Shown piece after piece: positions 12,400 through 25,600 of a stretch of 64,000 nucleotides of DNA (positions are counted from its first letter, which is position 1; each line of letters starts with the position of its first letter). Position numbers and translations under genes: made by a program. The stretch comes from Ostrea edulis. Taxonomy: Eukaryota. Location of the stretch: assembly GCF_947568905.1 (NCBI RefSeq), contig NC_079168.1:80414001-80478000 (forward strand), read 5' to 3'. The notes under the pieces are model-generated. The model saw nothing but the letters and a program-made list of their open reading frames with translations, was not told the DNA's origin and made no database searches.

Positions 12400-13030
12400 T
12401 TCCGTTAATTTTACATACAGAGTAAGATATATTGGCGGATTGACTCCCATCCTACCTTTTTTGTGGTAGTATTTAATGGTAAGATGGTAAGCTTGAATGA
12501 TTTGACGAAGTGAAGATCGATCAGTGAATTTTTCTCCTCCTGTATGGGTTATCGGATAGACTTGAACTTTGTACAATGTGTCATTGCCATTTGTACAGGT
12601 GCATATTGTAGGGACAGGAGGATCCACCCCCACCCCCACCCCCTAAAAGTTATAGTGGATCTAAGAAGGATGGAGGATGTAAAATAGTTTGTGAACACTT
12701 CTCCTCCTATATATGGTTTATCTGATAGATTTGAAACTTTGTACAAAGCTTCATTGCCATTTGTACACTGTAGATACATGTATGCATATATTTGTGGGAC
12801 GAGAGGATCCAATTATTTTCGTGAAAGTTATAGTGGATCTAAGAGGGATGGATGATGTCAAAATAGCTTGTGAACGCTTCTCCTACTATATCGCTTATCT
12901 GATAGATTTGAAAGTTTGTACAGTACTTCAATGCCATTTGCAGATGTGCATATTGTAGGGACAGAAGGATCCAATTGTTTTCCTTAAAGTTATAGTAGAT
13001 CTGAGGGGTGGAGAGTATAAAATAGTTTGT
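12400..13030 (+). repeat. ~170-177-bp tandem units (about 3.5 copies), probably the internal array of another HINE family
   Basis: TTATC(G/T)GATAGA...TTTGTACA...TGCCATTTG...GCATATT recurs at about 12548, 12718 and 12895. A related sequence is at 63120-63400. Confidence 0.65.
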
Positions 13031-13639
13031 GAGCACTTCTCCTATGTGGCTTATGGGAGTTCATAAAGTCTATGTTCCTGTACATGCTTTTTTCTCCATA
13101 CCATGCAGTACATTAAGGGGGTGGGGAGGTTTCATTTGGAGTACTTCCAATTTGGGGAGCTGGGGAGACATTTGTTTTTGATAAAAACAATCTCTAGTTT
13201 TCTAAGTTTTCAAATTAAATGTTAAAGAATGGGAGGAAATACGAGAGATCGGGGGGTACACATATTCATCTTTCCGTTTTCCTTATTGGATTTAATCAAA
13301 GTCGTATATTACAGTTAAAGACCAAGGAAGAAAAAAAATCAATTTACAATGAACAATGTTTAAACAACACGGAAGATGCAGTTAACAAGGTCCCGTCCTC
13401 ATAGTTTGTTTACCTCAAGTCACGTTTAAATGCGCACTTGTTACGAACAACACGAGAATTTCAAATTAGTGTTCAAAAAGACTTGTGATATTTCACGAAA
13501 ACCAATAATTCAATCACAGAAATCATACTCATAGAATGACCAATTACATATTATCAATTATTCTCTTTCGATTTAATTTTGTGACAGATGAATTTTATAT
13601 ATTGGAACGTCCCACTCCCCCTTTTAATGAAATCTACCA

Positions 13640-14530
13640 TAAGTTTGGAGACTTATTGTTTTTGCTCGTTCCTTATTATTCTTCCGCTTCTTTTTCTTCT
13701 TTCTCGCGCCTGAGAATATCCACAGCCATTTTCCGTAACCTGTTGATGAAAGTATTAGATCCTCGAGAATATAGAAGCCCAATGTATCTACTTGTGCAGA
13801 AATATCTTTGTTTTCAGAAAGAAGGGGGTGGATACATTTTGGGGGACCAAAATGGAGCGGGGTCTAACATAGAACTCTATGGAAAAAAAGTAATTCCAAA
13901 ATTCAACAGATAAAACTTGTCAAATATGATAGATAGAGCCCTGGTGTCATTGGAAATGAGAAGAGAATGACAGAGTGACAGAGCCTACAAACTGTTATTA
14001 AGGTCAAGGGACTTCAGTGACTTAACCCCTGACCATGAACATAAAAACCGGTATAACTATAGAACTGGGACTGATAGCGATATGGGATCTTCAGAAATGA
14101 TAAGAGATTGACAAGACTTACATGAATTAACTAGTATCAAGGTCAAGTGACTCTAGTGACCTTGACCGCTGACCTTGAATATGAAAATTGACATAGCTTT
14201 AGAACTAGGATTGGTAGAGACATGGGATATTCAGAAATGATAAGAGGAATAACATTGCTTATTTTGAGACGTTAACAGAGGTGTAAGTGAAAGCAAGGAA
14301 CGACAACTCTGGGTAGAGATTGCGATGGGGACATGTAATCTTCAGTCTAAATGATAAAGGGATGTTGTAAAACTAGTATACCCAGTGACCTTGGCCTTTA
14401 ACCTTGATAATACAAAATCGTATTACTTTAGAACTAGGACCGATAGAGACATGGAATATTCTGATGTGTTAGGATGTTGTGACCTACAAACTAGTATCAA
14501 GGTGAAGTGACGCAAGTGACCTTCACCTCT
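13640..14530 (+). mobile_element. Decayed Helitron-like non-autonomous element with ~120-140-bp internal repeats
   Basis: Starts ...GGAGACTTATTGTTTTTGCTCGTTCCTTATTATTCTTC. AAGGTCAAG...AGTGAC...GACC...TAGAACT(G/A)GGA...AGA.ATGGGA repeats follow at about 14000, 14140, 14390 and 14500. Confidence 0.45.
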
Positions 14531-15540
14531 TACTCTTATAACGATAAACATGTAAATAAGCATACCATTCTTTAACAATGGACAGATATATTCTACACTC
14601 TATTTTAATGTCTCTGGCTGACATGGATTTTGTACAAGGGAATTATTAATGTGGTGTGTGTGTGGGGGGGGGGGGGGGGTACTCAGACCCCCCCCCCCCC
14701 CCCCCCCCCACTTTTATACAGCCATGTACTTCGTTTGGAAGATTTTATCCTATCTTGTTATACATGCATTATTCCGATAGGTGAATTTCATAGGGTCATG
14801 TAGCTAATAAAAAAATATACATATACATGTATAGACGTCGCGCACGCTGCTGGTGTCAAAAAGCATTACATATCACAACGGTAACATTTACACTGTTTTA
14901 TATGACTTTACGAAAGTTACACATCATTTTGGCGGTAATTTTACTTTCTATCCATTTCGATATCAATACTTCTTTAAAAATGCAAATTATTAAATGTATA
15001 AGGTTGAATATTCTTATATTTACGTAAATATTGCATGTAGACTGGTAACGAAAGTGTCACACATACATGATGTTTGTAACTTTCTTAAAACTATTTGCAT
15101 GATGATTAAGATTATAATATTAATAATTATGTACATGCATTCACCAATCAAGGGCCCTCAGGCGGCATACACCATTTCAACAATTAAACATTATAACTAC
15201 ATGATATATTACATACACTTGTATTCCACATACACACGATTTCTATATTGACATTGGTCTTAAATTGGCCCATAACAACACTGATTGAAAATGCACTGTA
15301 TAAAAAGGATGCTATATGGGTAGTAAAGTGAAACAAGATTATAAAATGTTGTTCTGAACACAAAGGGTACAAAGGGACGGTGCCACGGGCACTCCACGTT
15401 TTAAATATATACTATGTATAATAAAAAAAAATGTCTTCCTGTAAACATCATATTTACTGTTTTACAAGTAGACAATTTTTTATTATATAGGATATATTTA
15501 AAACGTCGAGTGTATGTGGACCGTGACTGTGCCAAGTCAA

Positions 15541-15760
15541 TTATAACGACCATAGAATTTGCGAAATGTTGTCTTTAAACGAGACTGTTGAAATCCTGCA
15601 ACATCAACTTGTTTGCCCGTAGCCTGCTTTGATTTGAAAATTTATCATACGCAAAACATGCTCTGGGAAATTGCTGCATAAATTTATATGAGGAGTTGAG
15701 GATGGAGAAGCTAAAGTAATCTCATTTGTCATAAAGTTGTGTTGTTAGTTTGTCGCCGAC
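15541..15760 (-). mobile_element. Second, more decayed Penelope-like RT-tail fragment (same family as 6211-6860)
   Basis: TTATAACGACCATAGAATTTGCGAAATG...GAGACTGTTGAAATCC...CATCAACTTGTTTG is shared with 6589-6664. The minus strand reads GDKLTTQLYDK*DYFSFSILN. Confidence 0.75.
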
Positions 15761-15806
15761 ATATCTGTTCATTAGTTGGATTAACTGGGTCAGTGCGCGT
15801 CTCGCC

Positions 15807-15925
15807 AGACATTGGTTAGTCTAGGCCACCTACACGTTTGTCAATGCAGTGTTCTACGAGACAAGTCAAACGGCTTGCGTGAGTGGGAAGTCAAACGGCT
15901 TGCGTGACCTAGGCTAGACATTGGT
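15807..15925 (+). promoter_or_regulatory. Candidate upstream regulatory module of HIF-alpha: two TTGCGTGA (XRE/HRE core) in a 20-bp direct repeat, one ACGTG core and two CCAAT boxes
   Basis: AAGTCAAACGGCTTGCGTGA at 15863-15882 and 15888-15907, CACGT at 15833-15837, and AGACATTGGT at 15807 and 15916. It is a CpG-rich island about 720 bp upstream of the ATG. Confidence 0.5.
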
Positions 15926-16531
15926 CAGCGCAGCAGATGTGACTTTAAAAAATAATTTCCACGAAAAAAGGCAGAACTGAATATTCCGGATAAATATATC
16001 TCTCTCTCTCCTTTTTTTTTTTTAAAAGACAAGCTTTATTTTAAGTAGGTGTGTCATAATCACAAAGTAACACAATCTCCAAATTGAGGAACTTTTAGAC
16101 CGACGAAAAATGGAACTTTTTAAAATGCTATAAATTGACAGTTTACAATGTTTTACTAAAATTATAGCGGGTATTATGTGAAGCAACAAATGAATTTAAT
16201 CAGGAAGATGGTATCAATCACAATATCTAGATATGTTGAAAAGTTTTATTTCTAAGCCTATATGATTGTAAAAAAAAATTATATGTCCTTTAAAAAGCTA
16301 GATTCTAGATGTCTCTAAAATAAATGTCTATATTTAAAAATATAAATCCGTTGAGCTCTCAGATTATTTTCTGCACCTTATGCATGAATGCATGAACTAA
16401 CATTATTTAATTTTTTATACTAGATGCATATTTTAGATGGTTTCATCTGTCCAAAATAAATACACAAGGTGAAGGTTACATCTCGAAGCGTTGAGAAAAC
16501 ACGAGTTAAGTCGCTTGAGCTATATCCGGTT

Positions 16532-16547
16532 TCATTCGCAGGAAGTG
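16532..16547 (+). promoter_or_regulatory. Candidate core promoter of exon 1a (Inr TCATTC plus ETS-type CAGGAAGTG)
   Basis: TCATTC at 16532-16537 and CAGGAAGTG at 16539-16547, about 95 nt before the ATG, in a locally CpG-rich stretch. No TATA box. Confidence 0.4.
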
Positions 16548-16630
16548 CACAAACAGAGACTCTATTGGTAAATATTTTTCAGACATTTTGTGAACTTTCA
16601 ACAGAAACAGAGAGTTTTAATTCTATCCTG

Positions 16631-16653
16631 ATGAGCTCGACTACAAAAAGAAG
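16631..16653 (+). CDS. HIF1A: HIF-alpha exon 1a coding part (MSSTTKR-R)
   Basis: ATG...AGAAG|GTAAGT is a consensus donor in phase 2. It joins exon 2 to give [17 protein letters not shown]. Confidence 0.85.
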
Positions 16654-19600
16654 GTAAGTGAACCTTTTACAGTTTCTTTCTGTAAATTTCGAGTTCGAAT
16701 TGAGAAAATGGCGAATGTAATTCACATCTGATCGACCATGTGTCAAATTTTTGTTGATAAGCTGTTGATGAGTGGGGGATATTTTGATGCAGAAAAAAGT
16801 AGTCATATTTGAGCTTTGTACGCTTTGCATGAAAGTAATTTCTCAGCAAGTAAACTTTTACAACTGGGTCGACCAATCCTACTCAGAAGCGATAATGAGG
16901 GTAGGAGGGAACCGATATGTCATCATTAATGAACATTATTAGATCTAGTTAACATTACCAACGCACAGATGAGAGTGTGGAAGTTTTATGTACAGAGAGA
17001 AATTAACATTTCTTTTCCCTCAGACTCTTTCCCAGATACCAATCATTTCTAAAATTAAGAAAAATATTATCAATTGTATACAAAGGAATACTTACCAAAA
17101 ATAATGCAGGGCCATCTGGTCAATTTGTTTATTATTATCAAAACTGGCTTATGGTTTGTGAAACCAGCGACAAAGGCATTCCTGATACATTGTCACACTC
17201 TCCGTATTGTTGTCACTTTCGTTAATTTTCATTACTTGTCTATAAAAGACTTTTTCATTATGAATAAATTAGCAACACTCCTTATTTGGTGTTGTCATTG
17301 CCATTGAATTTATATTATATTTTATTGTTGGTCATGTGTTTGAGCATTTCACAGATTTCAGAACTAAAATATTAACTCACATTTCTGGGAATATAACATT
17401 ATCGACTGAATTTTACTTTTGTAGGTGGGTTGGGGTGGTGATGGGATGAGAGTTAGTGTGAACGGTTTGTTGGGGGCCCTTTTGTGCCCCCATGATCAAT
17501 GATCCAATGGAGGGGAAGATGGTATGGGGATATTTTTGTGATCTGTGTGTTTCTCTGTCTCTCTGCATCTGAAAGACTCTAGGTTTTCATTTATGCTGAG
17601 CAGCTGGCAAATGAGTTGTCACTGTCACATGTGCTTGTGGATATGACTATATAATACCCCCCCCCAACACACACACACACCCTCTCTAAAATTTGTATTT
17701 AGTCTGAAGTTGATTTTTTGAGGTATATTAAAGCTGCAAAATGGCAATTTTTATACGTTTATTAGTGCAAATTTGTAGTAAACTGAGTAATTAAATGAAA
17801 ATGATTATGTTTATTCCATAACTTATTTGATTTGTAAAGAAATCGGGGGGGGGGGGGGGGGGGGGGGTACATGCAGGCACCATGATCTCGCAGTCGTGAA
17901 GCTTTTAACATGAGCCTTGTATTACTTGACATATACTACTATATGTGGAATGACTGTCATATTCCAAGGCACGATAATATATGACTGTGCAATTATGTAT
18001 ATGTTGGAAAATGTGTAGACATGTATAGTTTTGATTGAATAGGTACATTCATAGTCTTTGATATAGTAAAAACTGGCATGCTCAAAAATTTATAATTAAT
18101 TACTGGTGTGTAATATTACTTATAGGGTGGGGCAATAGATGACACATGTATACTTATAGGGTGGGGCAATAGATGACACATGTAATTATACTTACAGTTT
18201 GAGGCAATAGATGATGCATGTAATTACTTATAGGGTGGGGCAATAGAGGACACATGTAATTAATTATAGGGTGGGACAATAAATGACACATGTAATTATA
18301 CTTATAGTTTGAGGCAATAAATGACACATGTATACTTATAGGGTGGGGCAATAGATGATGCATGTAAATACTTATAGGGTGGGACAATACATGACACATG
18401 TAATTACTTATAGATTGAGGCAATAAATGACACCTGTATACTGATAGGGTGGGGCAATACATGACACATGTAATTATACTTATAGATTGAGGCAATAAAT
18501 GACACATGTATACTTATAGGGTGGGGCAATAAATGACACATGTAAATACTTATAGGGTGGGGCAATACATGACACATGTAATTACTTATAGGGTGGGGCA
18601 ATAAATGACACATGTAATTACTTATAGGGTGGGGCAATAAATGACACGTATACTTATAGGGTGGGGCAATAGATGATATATGTAATTACTTATAGGGTGG
18701 GGCAATAAATGACACATGTAATTACTTATAGGGTGGGGCAATAGATGACACATGTAATTACTTATAGGGTGGGGCAATAGATGACACATGTAATTACTTA
18801 TAGGGTGGGGCAATAGATGATATATGTAATTACTTATAGGGTGGGGCAATAGAGGACACATGTAATTACTTAGAGGGTGGGGCAATATATGATACCTGTA
18901 TACTTATAGGGTGGGGCAATAGATGACACATGTAATTACTTATAGGGTGGGGCAATAAATTATATATGTAATTACTTATAGGGTGGGGCAATAAATGACA
19001 CATGTATACTTATAGGGTGGGGCAATAGAGGACACATGTAATTACTTAGAGGGTGGGGCAATATATGATACCTGTATACTTATAGGGTGGGGCAATAGAT
19101 GACACATGTAATTACTTATAGGGTGGGGCAATAAATTATATATGTAATTACTTATAGGGTGGGGCAATAGATGATGCATGTAATTACTTATAGGGTGGGG
19201 CAATAGATGATGCATGTAAATACTTATAGGGTGGGGCAATAAATGACACATGTATATACTTATAGGGTGGGGCAATAGATGATGCATGTAATTAATACTT
19301 ATAGGGTGGGGCAATACATGACACATGTAATTATACTTATAGATTGAGGCAATAAATGACACATGTATACTTATAGGGTGGGGCAATAAATGACACATGT
19401 ATATACTTATAGGGTGGGGCAATAGATGACACATGTAATTAATACTTATAGGGTGGGGCAATACATGACACATGTAATTATACTTATAGATTGAGGCAAT
19501 AAATGACACATGTAATTACTTATAGGGTGGGGCAATAGATGACACATGTAATTACTTATAGGGTGGGGCAAAAGATGATATATGTAATTACTTATAGGGT

Positions 19601-22600
19601 GGGGCAATAGAGGACACATGTAATTACTTATAGGGTGGGGCAATAAATTATATATGTAATTACTTATAGGGTGGGGCAATAGATGACACATGTAATTACT
19701 TATAGGGTGGGGCAAAAGATGATATATGTAATTACTTATAGGGTGGGACAATAAATGACACATGTAATTATACTTATAGTTTGAGGCAATAAATGACACA
19801 TGTATACTTATAGGGTGGGGCAATAGATGATGCATGTAAATACTTATAGGGTGGGGCAATAAATGACACATGTAGTTATTTATAGGGTGGGGCAATAAAT
19901 GAAAATTACTAGTAGTGAGACAATGATACACAGACATATCTTTATACATTACATGTATCTCAATATTATAACAGATAATGGTAATGTAACAAATTGAACA
20001 ATAAATCAACAAAATGTAGTAAAAATTATTTTATCACATTTGCTGTGAAATTGATAATGTTGCCAAATTGCTGATTTATATGTACACGGTGCAATAAGAG
20101 GCATAACTACTGCACAACAAGAGATTAGATTATTTATGTGTGCAATGTGCAAAATGATGTAAATATCAGTGAATATGAAAAATAATATTAAGATTAAAAA
20201 CATTTTCCTTTAGGAGGACTATATTTTTAGTTACAAAAACAGATAGTTTTGTTATGTAGGTTAAGGTGACTGTTGACACGTATATTTAACATTACGTGAA
20301 TGAGGTCAGTCTTGTAGATCAGTGACCTAAATATTTATGTCAGTGAAAAATCATCAGATCGATGTGTAACTCAGTGGGATATTTACTGGCTGATTCAGGA
20401 AAGTCACTCTCTAAACAGATATATCTCTAGATTATTTAATGCATCAGTCTAGTTGCTGACATGATGGAAACTCCAGGGTAAAATGAGAGAGCCGGCCTTA
20501 TTTCTGAACCTTAAACCTCGAGGTATCTGATTTCCACTTAACCCTTCTTTATTCTATTTGCGCTCCGATTTGTTACACCCGAATTTGAGTGCCCTTGGAA
20601 AATTACGAGTTTTTTGGTGAGGTGAGACAGACGACAGACAGCAAATGACAGAAATTAGGCAAATTCTAATCTTGAGTGAGCTGTCCGTCAGAGTTGTTAT
20701 CACCAGGATAATTTGAGGTTGTTGTTTTTCAAAATCATTTGTTCTGTAGACTTGTATGGCTCATAAACACATGTACATGTATGTTGAACATTTAATGAAA
20801 TCTGATATTTGGAAAAATCCATACTCTGACACCGAAACACTTACTTATACTTATCCCTCCCACCCTACCTTTGTCATTTTTAAGTGCCAATAAAAAAGAC
20901 AGTTTATCTGTTTTTATAAGCTATAAAACAGATAAACTGTCTAAGCACATTGTTTTTCCAAAATATTTTGCTGTAAATTAAAGTTCTCAGAAGACTTGCA
21001 TTGCAGTCACCCTCCACAACCCCCGCCCCTCCTACCTTTCCAAGATAAACCTATTTACAATATATCTCCATAGGCATCTCCCGTCCCCCCCTTCTACCCA
21101 GTAAAGAAATTAATACAGAGCCAATAATTTCTCAAAAATATGTCACAACATTTATTAGTACATGTATCTCAAAAGTTGTTATCTCAAAAGCTTAATTGCA
21201 GAAAGAAGAAACTGACCATTCAGAATGTCTTATAAAGGTGATCGGTGGGGAGATCACATATTTTGAATATAAATTGTTGTTTCTTAGTAAATTTTATTTT
21301 TGCATTAGGTAGAGGGGGATGGTTATGTATGTAAGATCTATACATGCTATTGCTATCCACACTTTAGGTGCCTGTGTATACTTCATGAGAGCACCAGAGA
21401 TATATATATGACAGCTGTATTATATTAACAGTGAATCTTGGCTTGCCTGAATCACTGTCTCCGTTTGTTGAATTGATTACTGTGGATTCTAATTCTAACA
21501 GCCCATTTACTGCTGAAAAGTCTCGTAAATTGATTTTTCAGGTGAATGTTGTATTAAGATGGCAATTAATTACTTAAAAGCCTTTAATGATGGAAAGTTG
21601 CGCTGTTGGTTGCGGTTTTATCTATCCATGTCTGTCACTGATGCGTCATTCCCTAACTAAGGACTGGGACTCGGTAGTCTTTACAAGTCAGTTAACATGG
21701 CAGCACATTCTTAATTGCCTCCAAACACGAAGGGAGTCAATATATTTATTAATGGACATCTCACCTCATCTATCAGCAAAAGCAGTTGTTCTTACACCTT
21801 AATACATATGTTACTGCACTATTTGGTTAATTTTTTGTTTTTGGTACAACACCCCCCCCCCCCCTCTTTCCGATACACACAAACACCCCAAAAATAGCTC
21901 ATCTTTGAGATAGTTTTGGTGGTTACAATGTGTATGATAATTGATTTGATTTTAGCATAAATTAATGGTAACTATGGTAACTAGAATCATTTCCAGTCAT
22001 GGTTCCTGTTTGCTAAGAGGACATCAAATAAATTCAAAACATTTCCATCCATCCCCATTATTTAATGATTAAAATGTATAAAAAGACAGAAGTACCTCGG
22101 ACTTTTGCATTGAGATACGAAGAAAGTTTATGTTCTATTTGTTGATGTGTAATGATATTGTGCCCTATTATTTGCCAAATATGAATTTTTGAAATGCAAA
22201 GGAAAAATATTAAATGTATTGTGATCATTGAATTTGTGTGTTTGGCAATATTCAGTGGGTATCATCTGTGTTTAGTACATGGTTCCCATCAAATGCTTTG
22301 TTGTCCGTATTTTAATGTTTGAGCTAGGTTTCAAAGGTTTTATGATAATGGACAAGGAAGGTGTCCATGGATCAAATTAGTTTTGGAGATGTTATCAATT
22401 ATTGCTACAGAGAATGAATTCTGTTGTTTTAACCCTAAAGATGTTTAAACATCACATCACCGAGAGTGGAATCATTACAAACAGGAAGTGATCAGGTACC
22501 AAACAAAATGTTAACCCTTCCTGTTACACACCTCATAGAATAACTCACCAGGTACCAAGGAATGCTGGCTTCCTGGTACGCATCGAGAGTGTCATGTGAA

Positions 22601-25600
22601 TTTCATGGAGGTGGATGTGTTTTTCCAATTAGTATATACGCACTTCACAAAATTAACTCACCAGGTACAGAAGAATGTGTACATTTCCAGTTACACACCT
22701 CACAAAATACCTCTGTCACCAAGTACCAAAAAATTCTAACTTCCTGTTACAGACCTCACAAAATGACCCACCAGGTACTAAAATATTCTGACTGCCTGTT
22801 ACAGACCTCACAAAATACCTCACCAAGTACCAAAAAATTCTAACTTCCTGTTACAGACCTCACAAAATAACTCACCAAGTACCTAAAAATTGTGACACTT
22901 TATGTCATTACACACCTTGGTGATTTTTGCATCAGCTGTTGCATTTGGTGATCAAGCAAGCACTTTCGTAAGAATTGTAAACTTTAAAAAAAACACCAAT
23001 CATCTCTCATAATTATGCACTTTGGCTTTAAAGAATATTTATTAAACTTTCTTAAGACTCTAGCCCACAAATTGAACACATTAATTAAAGCTGGTCTCAT
23101 TTTAGTCAGCTTAACTGAATAGCAGGTTTTGCTTGAAATAATAACTGCAGGACTGAACACAGTATGTGGGATAAATCCATAGCTCTCTGGAAAAAAAATG
23201 AAACAGACCGCTATACAGATCCAGTACCCCTTATAAAAACCTTCTATTGAAGACACAAACCTTCTATTTATGACATAAACCTATTTACGACAGTTTTACA
23301 GATCCACCCCTTATAAAAAAGTTAACCTTTGATTTACGGTGCAGTTTTACAGATCCACCCCTTATAAAAACCTAGTTATGGTGCTGTTTTACAGATCCAC
23401 CCCATATAAAAACCTTCCATTTACAGCACAGTTTTTTAGAGTTGAGGTTTTAATTATTGGTGTAATCTTGCACTGACATCTTAAAATTTTGATATGAAAG
23501 AATTCCCGATGTATTTTCCCACTACACTTGACACTTTTGTTCCATTCATATCTTCAAGCATTCACTACAGCCCCACGTGAACCAAAAACTAACAGCTTCA
23601 AATAATTTTGTTTGCATGTTGACATAACCATATTAGGTTACCAGTGGATTAAAATCCATTACATTATTGTGTATTTTTTCATAATTCCAATGCTAGGTTA
23701 AATTCCGTCTTCATTTAAATGTGAAGTAAGCTATCTAATTTGTTAGAAGACATTTTAATATAATGCTGTGTTTGATTTGTGTTGTGGTGACACCAATAGT
23801 TTCTGCAAATAAATGAAAAGTATATTTTGAGTGCATAAAGGTCAAGTTTAACACAGTCATTATGACATATGCTTTTCTTTCCAAAGGAATTGACTATACC
23901 ACAAAACTCAGGGTTTTAAGTCAAGTTTCTTGTGCATCAGTTTCAGTAATGTTAAACATGTATGAGAAAATTAGGCTTGTGAGCTCTGTAGTCTAGTCTC
24001 TGTAAGACTCAGCACACCTTCATGATGACATGGTACAAGTTAATCAGCCAATCAAAATCTGCCTGGTATCGGTCTGGTGAGTCTTCTACCAGAAGCTGAA
24101 TGTGGTTTATTTGTGAATACAATGTGTTGTTAAACGGGACAAGAGCATTAAAGTACACTGCCCTGTTGATTTGTAGATGGTGAAGGAAAAATCCACTTCC
24201 CTTTGCAAGAAGAGGCACAAAATATATTTGTTAATATACAGAGTTTTAAACAGGGCTTACTGGTTATTTACTATAACGAGAAACTTAATAGATGTCATTT
24301 CCATATTTAACACTGAAATAGATATTGTGATAGGTTTCTTATTAGCATTTTTAATGGCAGTTCTGCATGACTGAATTTCGGTCAAGAATGTTGTTTATTG
24401 CACAAATAAGTGCATCTGTCGTGTTTGTTTGATCCGGTACGCGACCTTCATTGCGACATAGCAGACTTGTTTTGCCATCTGCGTGGGGACTGGCCTTGAA
24501 TTGGGGGTAGTAATGATCTCTTGGTCTGATACATCGGCATACAGCTACAATATAGCTGAATGAATGAAATCAGTCCATGATCAGTGATCAGGAACTGCAA
24601 AAACACAATCAGTGCCTGTCTCGGGGAGGACTTGAAATGGATCAGTATCCCCAAAACACTGCCAAAAAAATCTCCCAGACCAGACGAGACCATTGTAATG
24701 CTGGTTTCGGAAGGTACAAAAAAATATCCCGGGGTCGAGGCCAAAATAGGCATTGATTTACAGCGCTGGGTTTTTTTGGTGATAAATAGAAATAATTAAC
24801 CCCCTCAAAGTTTGATATCATGCACTGATAAAAATGTTTTATTGTACAGTTCTTTTGCAAAGATAGTGAGCAAGAAGGATAACAGAAGGTTCAAACAATG
24901 TTGTGGGAAAAGATTTTTTGTTGGGGGGGGGGGGGGGGGGTCATGAACCTTTTAGAGCAGTAAAGACTTAAAATTTTGAAATATATACATAGTTATACTA
25001 CATTGTAAGTCATGATGCTTTAGTCTGCCCTGTTTCAAAGAACACATTCAACAGTTAAAAGAGAGCATATAATGGCTATTTCAAAAAATTACATTACTAT
25101 AACTGTCATTACCATGGTAACATGTACAGCCCGGGACTGTCATGACGAGGGTAATTGTTAAGCTGGCATATCATGCAGCCTCATGCAATGACCAGTCAGG
25201 TAACAAAATCAGGTGATTTTAACTTAAATCTAAGGTGTTTTGGTGACCATGGTTACAAGGATTCAACCATGTCATTAGGTAGTATAAATCATAGATCTGT
25301 TGCTCTGATCATTTAGAAATTACAAAAAAAATGTCAGATTTTTTTTGTAGATGCTGTACATGTATGTACAGTGAGTGCATGATCTGATATATAAAACATT
25401 TATTTCAAATGTCATGCTAGTTACTGTTTTATATATATACATAATAATGTATATTATATATTCAGAGAGAAAGAAACATATGCTTGATTTCTAATCAAAA
25501 TTGTCCCACATTTAACTTATTGGTTGAAAAAAAAGCACAATCTTATTCTTTTTTTCATGACTTATCATAAGGAGTAACAAAATACCAATTGCATTTTTTT

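Noticed and set aside
13536-13913. 125-aa ORF
   Set aside because: It spans the start of a Helitron-like repeat and has no recognisable domain or splice context.
18154-20012. Long His/Pro-rich ORFs ([12 protein letters not shown] repeats) suggesting a metal-binding or shell protein
   Set aside because: This is the minus-strand reading of a 36-bp minisatellite. The unit is a multiple of 3, frames break at variant units, and it lies inside HIF-alpha intron 1.
24448-24860. Track ORFs 24448-24753(-), 24584-24799(+) and 24642-24860(-)
   Set aside because: None is compatible with the gene. The plausible frame is a third one (24577-24713), which is below the track's length cutoff.
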